A DNA stretch of 63,489 nucleotides, the filler included, from Octopus bimaculoides (lineage: Eukaryota), in the NCBI RefSeq assembly GCF_001194135.2. It is 7 parts of 7 records of this genome, joined end to end, with 100 filler letters (N's around TTAATTAATTAA, not from the genome) between each part and the next. Parts side by side here need not be neighbours in the genome. Positions count along the whole stretch, not along the records: positions 14,205 to 30,683 come from NC_068993.1; positions 30,784 to 38,092 come from NW_026329231.1; positions 38,193 to 40,859 come from NC_069006.1; 4 more parts are not named here. One strand, written 5' to 3'. A program made the position numbers and the translations under genes. Shown here in pieces: positions 25,986 to 38,206 of the stretch (within the stretch, counting starts at the first letter, position 1; each line of letters begins with the position of its first letter). Below the pieces are notes generated by a model. It was not told where the DNA came from. It saw only the letters and a list, made by a program, of their open reading frames with translations, and ran no database searches.

Positions 25986-26032
<47 letters not shown>

Positions 26033-26286
26033 GTGCGTGCGCGTGCGCGTGCGTGTGCGTGTGGATGCTTAGTGGCTGATATGTGCATCTGTGATCAAGA
26101 GCAGAAGGATTTTGTGGGGTTGGAAAAAATGCAAGAAAAGCAAAGCCTAAAGGAAATATTAGCCTTTTTCATACTTTCTAGGGGTAAACAAATAGGACCA
26201 GGGACCAAAATCGTGTTGCATACTGTTATTTATTTCTTGTCAAATTTCGAATGCAGTAATGAGTAATTGAGCCAAAAGGAACTTAC

Positions 26287-26610
26287 TTTATTCACTTTAC
26301 CATTCATTAAATCATTTCGATCGATCAGGCCTTCCCAAGTCGCTATGACAACAATACTTGAGTTGAAAAATTCGCCTCCTACCATAGATTGTTGTATGAT
26401 TTTCGTAACATTAGACCTGATATATGAATCGGTGACAATTCGATAATATATGCTTTCGTCTTGTCGACTGACTTGTTCTGCAGAGAATGCTGAGTCGAAA
26501 TACAGAGGAGCTATAAAAGGAGGATCTTTCACATCATATTCCCTTGGACCATCCCAGTCGACAAGTTCGAACTTTTGCTCTTTAAATCCTAAACTTCCAA
26601 ATGGAGTAAC
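26287..26610 (-). CDS. SUSD2/Mesh-like gene exon: N-terminal NIDO region
   Basis: TTGACAG acceptor, AAA|GTAAGT donor (alternative phase-0 donor 9 nt upstream), 324 nt; VTPFGSLGF...PPFIAPLY...IYYR...VVIATW matches the pre-NIDO consensus. Confidence 0.93.
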
Positions 26611-26779
26611 CTGTCAATACAATCAGAGATAATATATAAAATAAACAAGAAATAAGTGACATAAATATACGCAATGCGCACGCGGACCTACTGACGCACA
26701 GAGAGGCATACGCACACACACAGACGCACACACACAATAATAATAATGATGATGATGATTATAATAATAATAATAAATG

Positions 26780-26981
26780 ATTCTGGTATAAGGCCATCAA
26801 TTTCGGATGATGGGTAAGTCAATTACATCGACCCCAGTTCTCAACTGGTACTTATTTAATCGATCCCGAAAGGATGAAAGATAAAGTCGTCTTTGATGGA
26901 ATTTGAGCTCAGAACGTAACTACAGACGAAATGCTTCTAAGCATTTTTCCCGGCGTGCTATCGATTCTGCCAGCTCACCGC
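26780..26981 (-). mobile_element. Family A SINE
   Basis: Reverse-complement core TAATCGATCCCGAAAGGATGAAAG and head TCTGCCAGCTCACCGC. Confidence 0.85.
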
Positions 26982-29124
26982 ATAATAATAACGATAATGA
27001 TTTGACGAAGAATCGGTGTAAGATTAACAGTGAAAAAGATGAGCAGTAGTAGGAGAGAAAATGTAGAAGGGATTTTGATTGTGTTGCTGATATGTCTATA
27101 TAAGTTGGCTGATTTATTGGTGGGATGTGTATAATTATTCAGAGAATGGTTGGGTCTAAATTAATTCGAGCAATAAATTATCACCATTCATTGTTTTCAA
27201 CCATCTTGGCTTACAAATGGCTTGAAATATTTGAGTGTTCTAAATATTTTGTGCACGCGAGAAAATATCAATTGTGAATGACGGTTAAAAAGAGAACATT
27301 CAGATATACAAACCACAAAGTTTGCAGGAATGTTTATAAGGTTTCACAAGACATTAATTCTCATTTGATATTATTACTTATACATAAAAACATTTTAGAA
27401 GGATATTTATCGTGAAGTAAACATTTATTCGGATGGATGCAGGCACAATATTTTTATCGTTAGGTTGAACAGGAATCTATTAGCTTCGCACTGCTCACGT
27501 AAGATAAAGACTGTTCAAAATTAGTCGTCGTGAAATTGAATTCTTTTGCTCATTAAACCTCAGAAAAATAACATAAGAACTACATTAATGCAATTGAATT
27601 TTCTGAATAGAGGATATCGAGATATAGTTTAACTCTAAGGCAGCTGTCGCAATATGCATTGTCTGATCTCAAGCTAACCTGCTGGAATTTCCCGCAATAC
27701 CTAGATATTGTGGAAAATAATTACATGGAAGCGGAAGTATTGTAACATGGAAACACCCATTGTGTACAACAGGGTATTATAATACAACTTTCATTGTTTT
27801 AGTTATTATTTTCAACCGCGCTCAAATTTAATCCATTCAGATCTGAGTTATGTGATTCAAACTAAAGACTCGCTTCCTTTCAAGACAAAAGTTACCTCCC
27901 TTGTAGCTGATAATCGTGATCAGTCTCATTGAACTTGAAACTATGTGATGTCACGAGCCAACGAGAAACCCTCTACAGAGAAAGCTTGCCACTCCTAGAA
28001 ATAGCAACCAAATTTTCTTAAGTTACATCTTATTTTCTTAAAAAATAAAAATAGAAAGGGGAGACTGGACAATGTAAAGTCTGTAGTCCACAGTTAAAAT
28101 GTTTTTGTTTGCAAGATTTGGAAATGCTCACGAATACAGCGAGATTTGCATTATGAAACCAACTGTGTTCAATGTAACAGAATTTTTGTCGGGCTAGTTG
28201 TTAAGGCCTTAAATTAGCTATCGTTTTACTAGCCTCAAAAAAATTGCAGGTAGGCTATGATACCTATTATAGCTCAGCTTAAACGACTGGTGTGACTGAA
28301 GAGAATCAGTCGCTTGTTTTGTCATCAGTCTGAAAAAATATATGTCGTTTGTAGAAGGAAAGAGAGGAAGATTGTGCATCAATTAATAAAAATCTATTTC
28401 TAACAAATCGTTACAGAAAATTGAATGATCTCTTATTACGGGTTTGTGGAAGAAGTACAGGCTGTACCCATGACTTATACAGGGTCTTAGATAATAAAGA
28501 GTGGTAAAGAAGTTACGTTTTGCCATCACGACAAGAAATCTGGTCCGAATGCTAGCAACAGAGCGGTTTACGCCAAAGGCAGATGACTAAAAGCTGGTAG
28601 TTAAACCGGGAGACGTATTTAGTCTACAACCCAAATGAAATTGTGTTGTTTTCTTTGCAATTCTTGTTTAAAGTAATTGGGAGAAGGCGGTGAAATAGAA
28701 CAAATAATTAGAAGAGGTGTAGGGAGAAAAGAAAAGCGTAGAAGAGAGAACTGAGGAGCGAATAATTGGTAGAAAGTATGTATGTGTAAATGCTAGTCTG
28801 TGTTTGTGTATGCGTATACAAATAAATAAGTGTATATTTACACATAAGTGAAGACATGCTATACGTTGTGTGCATGTCTTTGATTCAGAATGTCAGTAAC
28901 TTTATTATACTTTACGATCAACTGCAACACAAATAACTAATTCAACAGAACGTCAATGTGTCTGTGCATTTGTATTCATAAACAAAAGCATGTCGCTTAA
29001 GCGGTGCAATTCCAAACTCTGTATGATTATCTTACACACTAGAACGTCTAATTAAATATACAGGGTGATTTAAAACATCGTTTTAGATAGCGGCCGAGGT
29101 TACTTACGCTCCTACCTTGGCGTG

Positions 29125-29207
<83 letters not shown>

Positions 29208-29899
29208 CATCCGCCACTCTTCCCACCTTTTCACAGCATTCATCACCGATCTCCCAATTGTATACGTTACTCTTCCCTGAACGATTCTCCTCTGTGAATT
29301 CCTACAGCTCAGTGTTTCCAGAACAACTGGTCTATTTACCTGCCGTTCACACTACCAGCCATTACGCTACCCCAAGCAGCCAAGTCGTATATATCCCTTA
29401 TATATTGCATCTATATATCCCTTATACGCAACAGAAGCAGTATTAGATTTATATAATCATCTCTGTATCATACTTAATGTAAATACATCTTGACAGACAG
29501 CATTTTTCTGTTGTATTCGTTCGGAGATAATATCTCCATGGACGGATTTGGGTTTTAAACCACAATATTTTTATATCAGAGGGTGACGGAACTGAACCCA
29601 GCAGCAACGAATGAAAACCTTAGATGCATTTCTTCCTCTTCTGCATCATCAATAACGTGTGTGTACTCACAACCAACATGTTTAGACGAAATCCTTCAGT
29701 ATATATATATGCATATATATATACGGAAACAATGAAAGCAATGACTGGTGTTGCAAACACCTGTCCGGCTGAAAAAAAAATCCATTTTATGAAACAAAGC
29801 AGTATTAGATTGAAATAACCATTTATATGTCATACCTAGCGCAGATACATTGCGTTAGGCAATGTCTGCAGTATTCCTCCCGTGATATTTTCTAATATG

Positions 29900-30114
29900 A
29901 AGGCGGCGAGCTGGCAGAAACGTTAGCACGCCGGGCGAAATGCTTAGCGGTATTTCGTCTGTCTTTACGTTCTGAGTTCAAATTTCTCTGAGGTCGACTT
30001 TGCCTTTCGTCCTTTCGGAGTCGATAAATTAAGTACCAGTTGCGTATTGGAGTCGATCTAATCGACTGGACCCCTCCCCAAAAAATTTCGTGTCTTGTGC
30101 CTAGAGTAGAAAAG
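29900..30114 (+). mobile_element. Family A SINE with a perfect 16-bp target-site duplication
   Basis: GATATTTTCTAATATG at 29884-29899 and 30115-30130 flanks the element. Confidence 0.92.
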
Positions 30115-30399
30115 GATATTTTCTAATATGGATGCAAGGGATAGTTCTATCTCCTTCAAGTATATACTTTACTTGTTTCGGCCATGCCCCGGGGCACTAC
30201 TTTGAAGAATTCTCACTTGAAATAATCGACCCCAGTACATTTTTTTTTCAAGTGTGGTACTTATTCCGTAGGGCACTTTTGCCGAACCGCTAACTTACAG
30301 GGGCGTAAGCACATCAACACTGGTTTCCAAGCGGTGGTGGGAGACACACACACAAATATATACACACACAAGCAACGCACATGTGCGCAAACACACACA

Positions 30400-30630
30400 G
30401 CGGCGAGCTGACAGAAACGTTAGCACACCGGGCGAAATGCTTAGCGGTATTTCGTCTGCCGCTATGTTCTGAGTTCAAATTCCGCCGAGGTCGACTTTGC
30501 CTTTCATCCTTTCGGGGTCGATTAAATAAGTACCAGTTACGCACTGGGGTCGGTATAATCGACTTAATCCGTTTGTCTGTCCTTGTTTGTCCCCTCTGTG
30601 TGTAGCCCCTTGTGGGTAGTAAAGAAATAA
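30400..30630 (+). mobile_element. Family A SINE, well preserved
   Basis: Head GCGGCGAGCTGACAGAAACGTTAG, GAGTTCAAATTCC, core CTTTCATCCTTTCGGGGTCGAT resembling the Deu/Nin domain. Confidence 0.9.
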
Positions 30631-30683
30631 CACACACACATACAATTATATACGTATATATATATATATATATATATATATAT

Positions 30684-30783
30684 NNNNNNNNNNNNNNNNN
30701 NNNNNNNNNNNNNNNNNNNNNNNNNNNTTAATTAATTAANNNNNNNNNNNNNNNNNNNNNNNNNNNNNNNNNNNNNNNNNNNN
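30684..30783. other. Artificial scaffold spacer
   Basis: N44-TTAATTAATTAA-N44. Confidence 0.95.
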
Positions 30784-31584
30784 AGCAGAGGGAAAAGAAG
30801 GGGAGGAAGTAGAATAAAAGTGAGCAACGAGAGATAGAAAGGGAGAGAGATAGTAGTGACAGGGAGAGGCGAAGAAGAGTAGAGGGAAGAATGAGAGGGG
30901 GAGATAGAGATAGAGAGAGTCGCGTTAGAAAAATAGTTAAAACTTACTGTATAAAGGTTAACGCGTGCGTTCTGTCGTGATACAAACAATATATGGGTAT
31001 ATGCATATATATACACACACACATATATATGTTTTTCATACACCCTCTTATCTTTCTTCTGGCATCTTCAGAAAAAGTAAAGAAGAAAAAAATGCTCTCA
31101 GTGATATCACCATACCCTTTTTTTTTTTTTTTAATTATTCACCTCAATCTAAGACTGACGTCTTGAAGAGGTTCACCGTCCTTGAACTCATGTCCATAGC
31201 TATACAATTGTCAATAAATAACTAAATAAATGGTAAATGCATGACAAATTGAAAAGAAATCCCTCCCTCCTCCCACTCTCTACCTATCTGTCTGTCTATC
31301 TATCTATCTATCTGTCTATCTCTATCTATCTATCTGTCTATCTGTCTATCTCTATCTATCTATCTATCTATCTGTCTTTATATAAATGATAATCTGTTTG
31401 CATGTTCACAACTTTTATTTGGCAAGTTCAATGCGTTAATAATAAAGAATAAAATAATTTTCCCCAAAATTCTGGTGTCCTGTTTCCTCAGTATACAATA
31501 TCTATGCACCACTTCTAACCCTCTATACATGCACACACACACACACATATGAAATAAAATAAATATATATACCTATAAGATATA

Positions 31585-31979
31585 CTCTTACTCTTTTACT
31601 CGTTTCAGTCTTTTGACTGTGGCCATGCTGGAGCACCGCCTTTAGTCGAGCAAATCGACCCCGGGACTTAGTCTTTGTAAGCTTAGTACTTATTCTATCG
31701 GTCTCTTTTTGCCGAACCGCTAAGTTACGGGGACATAAACATACCAGCATCGGTTGTGAAGTGATATTGGGGGACAAACACAGACACACAAACATATATA
31801 TATATACACATATACGACGGGCTTCTTTCAGTTTCCGTCCACCAAATCCACTCACAAGGCTTTGGTTGGCCCGAGGCTATAGTAGAAGACACTTGCCGAA
31901 GGTGCCACGCAGTGGGACTGAACCCGGGACCGTGTGGTTGGTAAGCAAGCTACTTACCACACAGCCACTCCTACGCCTA
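31585..31979 (-). mobile_element. Family B SINE, full length; a partial copy follows at about 32085-32228
   Basis: Minus-strand head TAGGCGTAGGAGTGGCTGTGTGGTAAG, GGGTTCAGTCCC B-box-like motif, simple-repeat tail. Confidence 0.9.
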
Positions 31980-32239
31980 TATATATAATATATATATAAT
32001 ATAAAGTAAATATATATATATATTTAATTCTGATATAAAATAAATATATATATATATATAAGATATATATCCTCTTTTTTTTTTTTTACTCTTTTACTTG
32101 TTTCAGTCATTTGACTGCGGCCATGCTGGAGCACTGCCTTTAGTCGAGAAAATCGACCCCAGGACTTATTCTTTGTAAGCCTAGTACTTATTCTATCGGT
32201 CTCTTTTGCCAAACCGCTAAATTACAGGGTGTGTTTATC

Positions 32240-32338
32240 CCCGACGGCTTTGGAATCTCCTGCAACTCTTCTGGAGGGTCTCCTTGTTTAAGTTGGTGAA
32301 TGCTGCCATAATCCTTGCCTTTAGTTCATCTTCGGGGA
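32240..32338 (-). mobile_element. Tc1-like transposase C-terminal fragment
   Basis: EDELKARIMAAFTNLNKETLQKSCRRFQSR fits the Tc1 C-terminal pattern L...I...W/F..L....L.K.C..F..R. Confidence 0.65.
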
Positions 32339-32876
32339 AGAGTCAATTACATTGACCCCAGTGTTTTCACTGGTGTTTAATTTATCGACCCCTGAAAGGA
32401 TGAAAGGCAAAGCTGACCTTGGCAGAATTTGAACTCAGAACGTAGCGACTGGCGAAGTGTTAGGCGTTGTATATTTTGCCCTAGTGTCACTTTGATGGCA
32501 TGCACAGCGATCTCTTTTTATTGCCACTCATGTCAGTTCGGGTGGGTGGAGCGCTATCATAAAAATAATTTGTGTCATGGACATGGTCGTCGGGTACTTA
32601 GCTAACAAAAAGGATAATATATTAAGCAACAAGGAGACATTTGTCATATTAATTGAGAGAAATTGTAAGAGATTTTCGTATTAAATAGAATTCATACCTT
32701 ATGTTGTCATACAGCATATTGTGTGTGTGTGTGTGTGTGTATTGAGGTGATTATGTATTTGTATACATCTGTATGGCTGTCTCTGCATCTGGCTGTCTTA
32801 TGTGGCACTGTGTTAGTTACAGTGATGAGCACTCCATAGACACGCGTACCTTCAATGTAGTTCTCTGTGAGATTCG

Positions 32877-33145
32877 ACATGACACAGTGTATATACATAT
32901 ATATATATATATATATAAATAAATTGTAAATCCAAAAGAAAAAAATAACAACAAAACTACAAAGGATTCCGCGGTACACGTGTTTCAGCTACATGTGTAT
33001 AATATAATATACATGACACAGTGTATATACATATATATATATATATATAAATAAATTGTAAATCCAAAAGAAAAAAATAACAACAAAACTACAAAGGATT
33101 CCGCGGTACACGTGTTTCAAGCTCTACATGTGTATAATATAATAT
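32877..33145. repeat. Tandem duplication, period about 134 bp
   Basis: ACATGACACAGTG...GGATTCCGCGGTACACGTG starts at 32877 and again at 33011. Confidence 0.9.
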
Positions 33146-33574
33146 AACAATATAATATGTTATGTGTATAATCTACAATGTAAAGCTATCTTCAGCCGCA
33201 AAATTATCTCTCTCCCAGGAAATTATACCATCTCGACGTTGAAGTAAGAAGAAATGTGTAATGTAAGAGGTGAAGATCCTTTCGGTATTTTGTATATTAC
33301 TATATCTGTTATAATTCTCCACCCGGACATAATCTCTCCGGTCCTTCGAAAACCTTCCATACCCTGCGACGATTCAGTGTGTAGTGTATATATATATATA
33401 TATGTATATACATATGTATATACATATACATATGTATATACCCTAACGCTGCGATGAACTGGCGTCCCGTCCAGCTGGGGAACGCATATGCCATTGAAAC
33501 TGGGAAACCGGGCCCATGAGCCTGGCTAGGCTTTTGAAGGGCGCATTTAGTTATTATATATATATATATCATCA

Positions 33575-33682
33575 TCATCATCGTCGTTTAACGTCCACTT
33601 TCCATGCTAGCATGGGTTGGACTATTTGACTGAGGACTGGTGAAACCAGATGGCTACACCAGGCTCCAATCTGATTTGGCAG

Positions 33683-33685
<3 letters not shown>
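33575..33685 (-). mobile_element. 3' end of an RTE-tail SINE, same family as 57473-57735
   Basis: TTTAACGTCCACTTTCCATGCTAGCATGGGTTGGAC with (CAT)n tail. Confidence 0.85.
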
Positions 33686-33713
<28 letters not shown>

Positions 33714-33718
33714 TATCT

Positions 33719-33791
33719 AATCAAAATAAGCAACAGGATATCCAGGGGTGATGCAGTATGACCTATGGATATCCTGTTGCTTATTTTGATT
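33719..33791. repeat. Perfect 26-bp inverted repeat with a 21-nt spacer (hairpin)
   Basis: AATCAAAATAAGCAACAGGATATCCA (33719-33744) and its exact reverse complement (33766-33791). Confidence 0.95.
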
Positions 33792-35071
33792 TCACTTACC
33801 TTATTTGGAAGTTGTACGGATAATACCACACTAACTTTTGGTCCTTCAACTTAAGTACTTAATTCATCTGAATCTCAGTTATTATATGTCTGTGTGTNNN
33901 NNNNNNNNNNNNNNNNNNNNNNNNNNNNNNNNNNNNNNNNNNNNNNNNNNNNNNNNNNNNNNNNNNNNNNNNNNNNNNNNNNNNNNNNNNNNNNNNNNNN
34001 NNNNNNNNNNNNNNNNNNNNNNNNNNNNNNNNNNNNNNNNNNNNNNNNNNNNNNNNNNNNNNNNNNNNNNNNNNNNNNNNNNNNNNNNNNNNNNNNNNNN
34101 NNNNNNNNNNNNNNNNNNNNNNNNNNNNNNNNNNNNNNNNNNNNNNNNNNNNNNNNNNNNNNNNNNNNNNNNNNNNNNNNNNNNNNNNNNNNNNNNNNNN
34201 NNNNNNNNNNNNNNNNNNNNNNNNNNNNNNNNNNNNNNNNNNNNNNNNNNNNNNNNNNNNNNNNNNNNNNNNNNNNNNNNNNNNNNNNNNNNNNNNNNNN
34301 NNNNNNNNNNNNNNNNNNNNNNNNNNNNNNNNNNNNNNNNNNNNNNNNNNNNNNNNNNNNNNNNNNNNNNNNNNNNNNNNNNNNNNNNNNNNNNNNNNNN
34401 NNNNNNNNNNNNNNNNNNNNNNNNNNNNNNNNNNNNNNNNNNNNNNNNNNNNNNNNNNNNNNNNNNNNNNNNNNNNNNNNNNNNNNNNNNNNNNNNNNNN
34501 NNNNNNNNNNNNNNNNNNNNNNNNNNNNNNNNNNNNNNNNNNNNNNNNNNNNNNNNNNNNNNNNNNNNNNNNNNNNNNNNNNNNNNNNNNNNNNNNNNNN
34601 NNNNNNNNNNNNNNNNNNNNNNNNNNNNNNNNNNNNNNNNNNNNNNNNNNNNNNNNNNNNNNNNNNNNNNNNNNNNNNNNNNNNNNNNNNNNNNNNAACA
34701 GTTAATTCGAGGAAGTTATATCCTCATTAGGGATTGTATAATCCAAAATATTCCACTGGTTAATCCCTATCATATTATGTAAAAGCCATTGCTAGGGGTT
34801 ACTGAAATATTGAAATTATATATTATCAATATTGAAGGAAAAAGAAAATGGAGAGAAAATGGATGGATGAATAATTTATTTGTATGTTTTAAGATGATGA
34901 AAGTTTCCTTTAAAAAACGTAACAAATGAATTGATTACAAGTTGTAAAGCTGAAAATATAAAATAAAGGAATCTACATATATGTTTCAGTATTGTGCCCC
35001 AGTTGATTAGAAGTTCTAAGAATTTGGTTAAATGTTTAGACAGGTATCATCTTGTAACTATATGAGAGTAG

Positions 35072-35306
35072 GACTTCTTCAGTCACCTATTTACCTATTG
35101 ATCCAGTGGACACACTAGTCAAATTGACTACATCCTAACCAGGAAACGGTAAGGATGGCTGCTTGTAAATGCCGAAAACCTTCCCCGGTGAAGAATGCAC
35201 CCCACAACATAGATTAGTAGTTAGCGACTTGAGGAACAGGGCTAAATGGATACCCAGAAGACGACCAGTATGGAGAAGAAGGGTCTTCTGAAAGCTTAGT
35301 GATCCT
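35072..35306 (+). mobile_element. RTE-clade LINE fragment, end of endonuclease domain
   Basis: SQIDYIL.RK...PGEEC.PQHRLVV.DL motif; stops present. Confidence 0.85.
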
Positions 35307-35323
35307 ATGAACGTATACATATG

Positions 35324-35355
<32 letters not shown>

Positions 35356-36364
35356 CATATATATATGTGTATATATATACATATATATGTGTGTATATAT
35401 ATATATACATATATATGTGTGTATATATATACATATATATGTGTGTATATATATACATATATATGTGTGTATATATATACATATATATGTGTGTATATAT
35501 ATACATATATATGTATGTATATATATACATATATATGTATGNNNNNNNNNNNNNNNNNNNNNNNNNNNNNNNNNNNNNNNNNNNNNNNNNNNNNNNNNNN
35601 NNNNNNNNNNNNNNNNNNNNNNNNNNNNNNNNNNNNNNNNNNNNNNNNNNNNNNNNNNNNNNNNNNNNNNNNNNNNNNNNNNNNNNNNNNNNNNNNNNNN
35701 NNNNNNNNNNNNNNNNNNNNNNNNNNNNNNNNNNNNNNNNNNNNNNNNNNNNNNNNNNNNNNNNNNNNNNNNNNNNNNNNNNNNNNNNNNNNNNNNNNNN
35801 NNNNNNNNNNNNNNNNNNNNNNNNNNNNNNNNNNNNNNNNNNNNNNNNNNNNNNNNNNNNNNNNNNNNNNNNNNNNNNNNNNNNNNNNNNNNNNNNNNNN
35901 NNNNNNNNNNNNNNNNNNNNNNNNNNNNNNNNNNNNNNNNNNNNNNNNNNNNNNNNNNNNNNNNNNNNNNNNNNNNNNNNNNNNNNNNNNNNNNNNNNNN
36001 NNNNNNNNNNNNNNNNNNNNNNNNNNNNNNNNNNNNNNNNNNNNNNNNNNNNNNNNNNNNNNNNNNNNNNNNNNNNNNNNNNNNNNNNNNNNNNNNNNNN
36101 NNNNNNNNNNNNNNNNNNNNNNNNNNNNNNNNNNNNNNNNNNNNNNNNNNNNNNNNNNNNNNNNNNNNNNNNNNNNNNNNNNNNNNNNNNNNNNNNNNNN
36201 NNNNNNNNNNNNNNNNNNNNNNNNNNNNNNNNNNNNNNNNNNNNNNNNNNNNNNNNNNNNNNNNNNNNNNNNNNNNNNNNNNNNNNNNNNNNNNNNNNNN
36301 NNNNNNNNNNNNNNNNNNNNNNNNNNNNNNNNNNNNNNNNNNNNNNNNNNNNNNNNNNNNNNNN

Positions 36365-36397
<33 letters not shown>

Positions 36398-36905
36398 TAT
36401 ATATATATATCTATATATATATATATACATTTGTATATATATATATTTGTATATATGTTTATATGTGTATGTATATATATAAATATATTTAGACAGTTTG
36501 TTTCCTTGTGTTGTTATTTCATTGTAATTGATGTCAATATTGTTTGTAACTCTGGTGCTGGTTGTTGTTGTTGTTGTTGCTGTTTACAGATTCCAACACC
36601 TGTTCCTGTTCCTCCTAATCCATTACCACAGACACCATTTGTTCCACCCACACCACCGCTCTCACCACCACCACAGCCACCACCACCACCACAGCCACCA
36701 CCACCACCACAGACACCACCATCACCACCACAGCTACTTTTCTGCTCCAACAAGAATTATGTTCCTAGGACATTGATTCCTGCTAGAAATAATAGTGAAA
36801 TCTCCCTCAAATGACACTTTGAGAAGGAAGGACACGTCATTTAGTATAATTGTGTGTGTGTGTGTGTGTGTGCATACACATGCTCATATACATTATGTAG
36901 ACTAA

Positions 36906-37125
36906 CTCTTACTCAAAGTGAAAGGTAGATTGTATGATGCATGCGTGTGAACTGCCATGCTTCACGGCAGTGAAACATAAGCTGTGAATGCTGAAGACAT
37001 GCGTAGGCTCGAAAGAAACGAAGCTGGTATAATCCCCTGGATGTGTAATGTCAGTGTGGACACACGACAGAGTGTAAGCACCCTGAGAGAAATATAAGAT
37101 GTGGTGTGCAAGAGAGACGTTTGCA
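36906..37125 (+). mobile_element. RTE-clade LINE fragment, post-RT region
   Basis: KVKGRLYDACV*TAMLHGSET*AV..ED.RRLERNE...W.C.VS. Confidence 0.85.
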
Positions 37126-37151
37126 TTAGTTTGCATTAGGTCTAGACTATT

Positions 37152-37710
37152 GACTTCTTCAGTCACCTATTCACCTATTGATCTGGTGGATACACTAGTC
37201 AAATTGATTACATCCTCACCAGGAAATGGTAAGGATGGCTGCTTGTAAATGCCCAAACTTTCCCAGGTGAAGAATGCACCCCCACAACATAGATTAGTAG
37301 TTAGCGACTTGAGAATCAGGGCTACATGGATACCCAGGAGACAGCCAGCCTGGAGAAGAAGGGTCTTCTGGAAGCTTAAGGATCCTGTGAATGGACATAG
37401 ATTTAGAGACATATTACGCGAAGCTTTTGACGAAATAGGTGATATAGCATCACATGATGTGGAAAACAAATGGAGGCTACAACGGGACAACCTGTTGAGG
37501 GCTAGTGACGAGATCTATGGATGATGCAAAGTCCCCTCTCGACCCAAGGTAACGTGGTGGTGGAACAATGTTGTTGACAGGGCCATTAGGGAAAAGAAAC
37601 AAGTATGGAAAGATTGGAAGAACGATGGTAGCTGGGAATTGTATCAGAATACCATAAGAGAAGCTAGGAGACAGGTTTACTCAGCCAGAGGGGAAGCAGA
37701 TAAGACATAA
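37152..37710 (+). mobile_element. RTE-clade LINE fragment, endonuclease end and linker
   Basis: SQIDYIL...[16 protein letters not shown]...WKLKDP...TWWWNNVVDRAIREKK..WK.WK. Confidence 0.9.
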
Positions 37711-37879
37711 GGGGTGTTGCCGGTCGGCAGTCAAGACTCTATGTGTATATATACACACACATACACACACATATATACATATATACATGTACATATCCAT
37801 ATACACATGCATATAGACATATACATATACACATATAACTACACACGCACACACACCCATATATATATATATATATGAT

Positions 37880-38070
37880 TGACCGTTGACTGAACACTAT
37901 TCAATTTTTTTTCTCCGTGTTTTTCTCCTTGTCTCTGTATTCTTTCTGTTGAAGAGCGTAGCTCGAAACGTCAAAGACTTTCCGTATTCCCGAGCGTCAT
38001 ACTAATATATACTTTTGTTATTTACACCACCTGTCCTCGCCTGTTGTTATTTTTTGTATATTCTCCCATA
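37880..38070 (+). mobile_element. Penelope-like terminal-repeat fragment containing a hammerhead-like motif
   Basis: TTGAAGAGCGTAGCTCGAAACGTC, a hallmark pattern of Penelope-like element ends; the 3' part recurs at about 50311-50391. Confidence 0.65.
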
Positions 38071-38092
38071 TATATATATATATATATATATA

Positions 38093-38192
38093 NNNNNNNN
38101 NNNNNNNNNNNNNNNNNNNNNNNNNNNNNNNNNNNNTTAATTAATTAANNNNNNNNNNNNNNNNNNNNNNNNNNNNNNNNNNNNNNNNNNNN
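38093..38192. other. Artificial scaffold spacer
   Basis: N44-TTAATTAATTAA-N44. Confidence 0.95.
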
Positions 38193-38206
38193 ATATATAC
38201 ACGCAC

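Noticed and set aside
36560-36814. Proline-rich (or His-rich) ORF after an AG acceptor
   Set aside because: Built from (CCA)n-type simple repeat next to (GTT)n; no domain and no partner exon.
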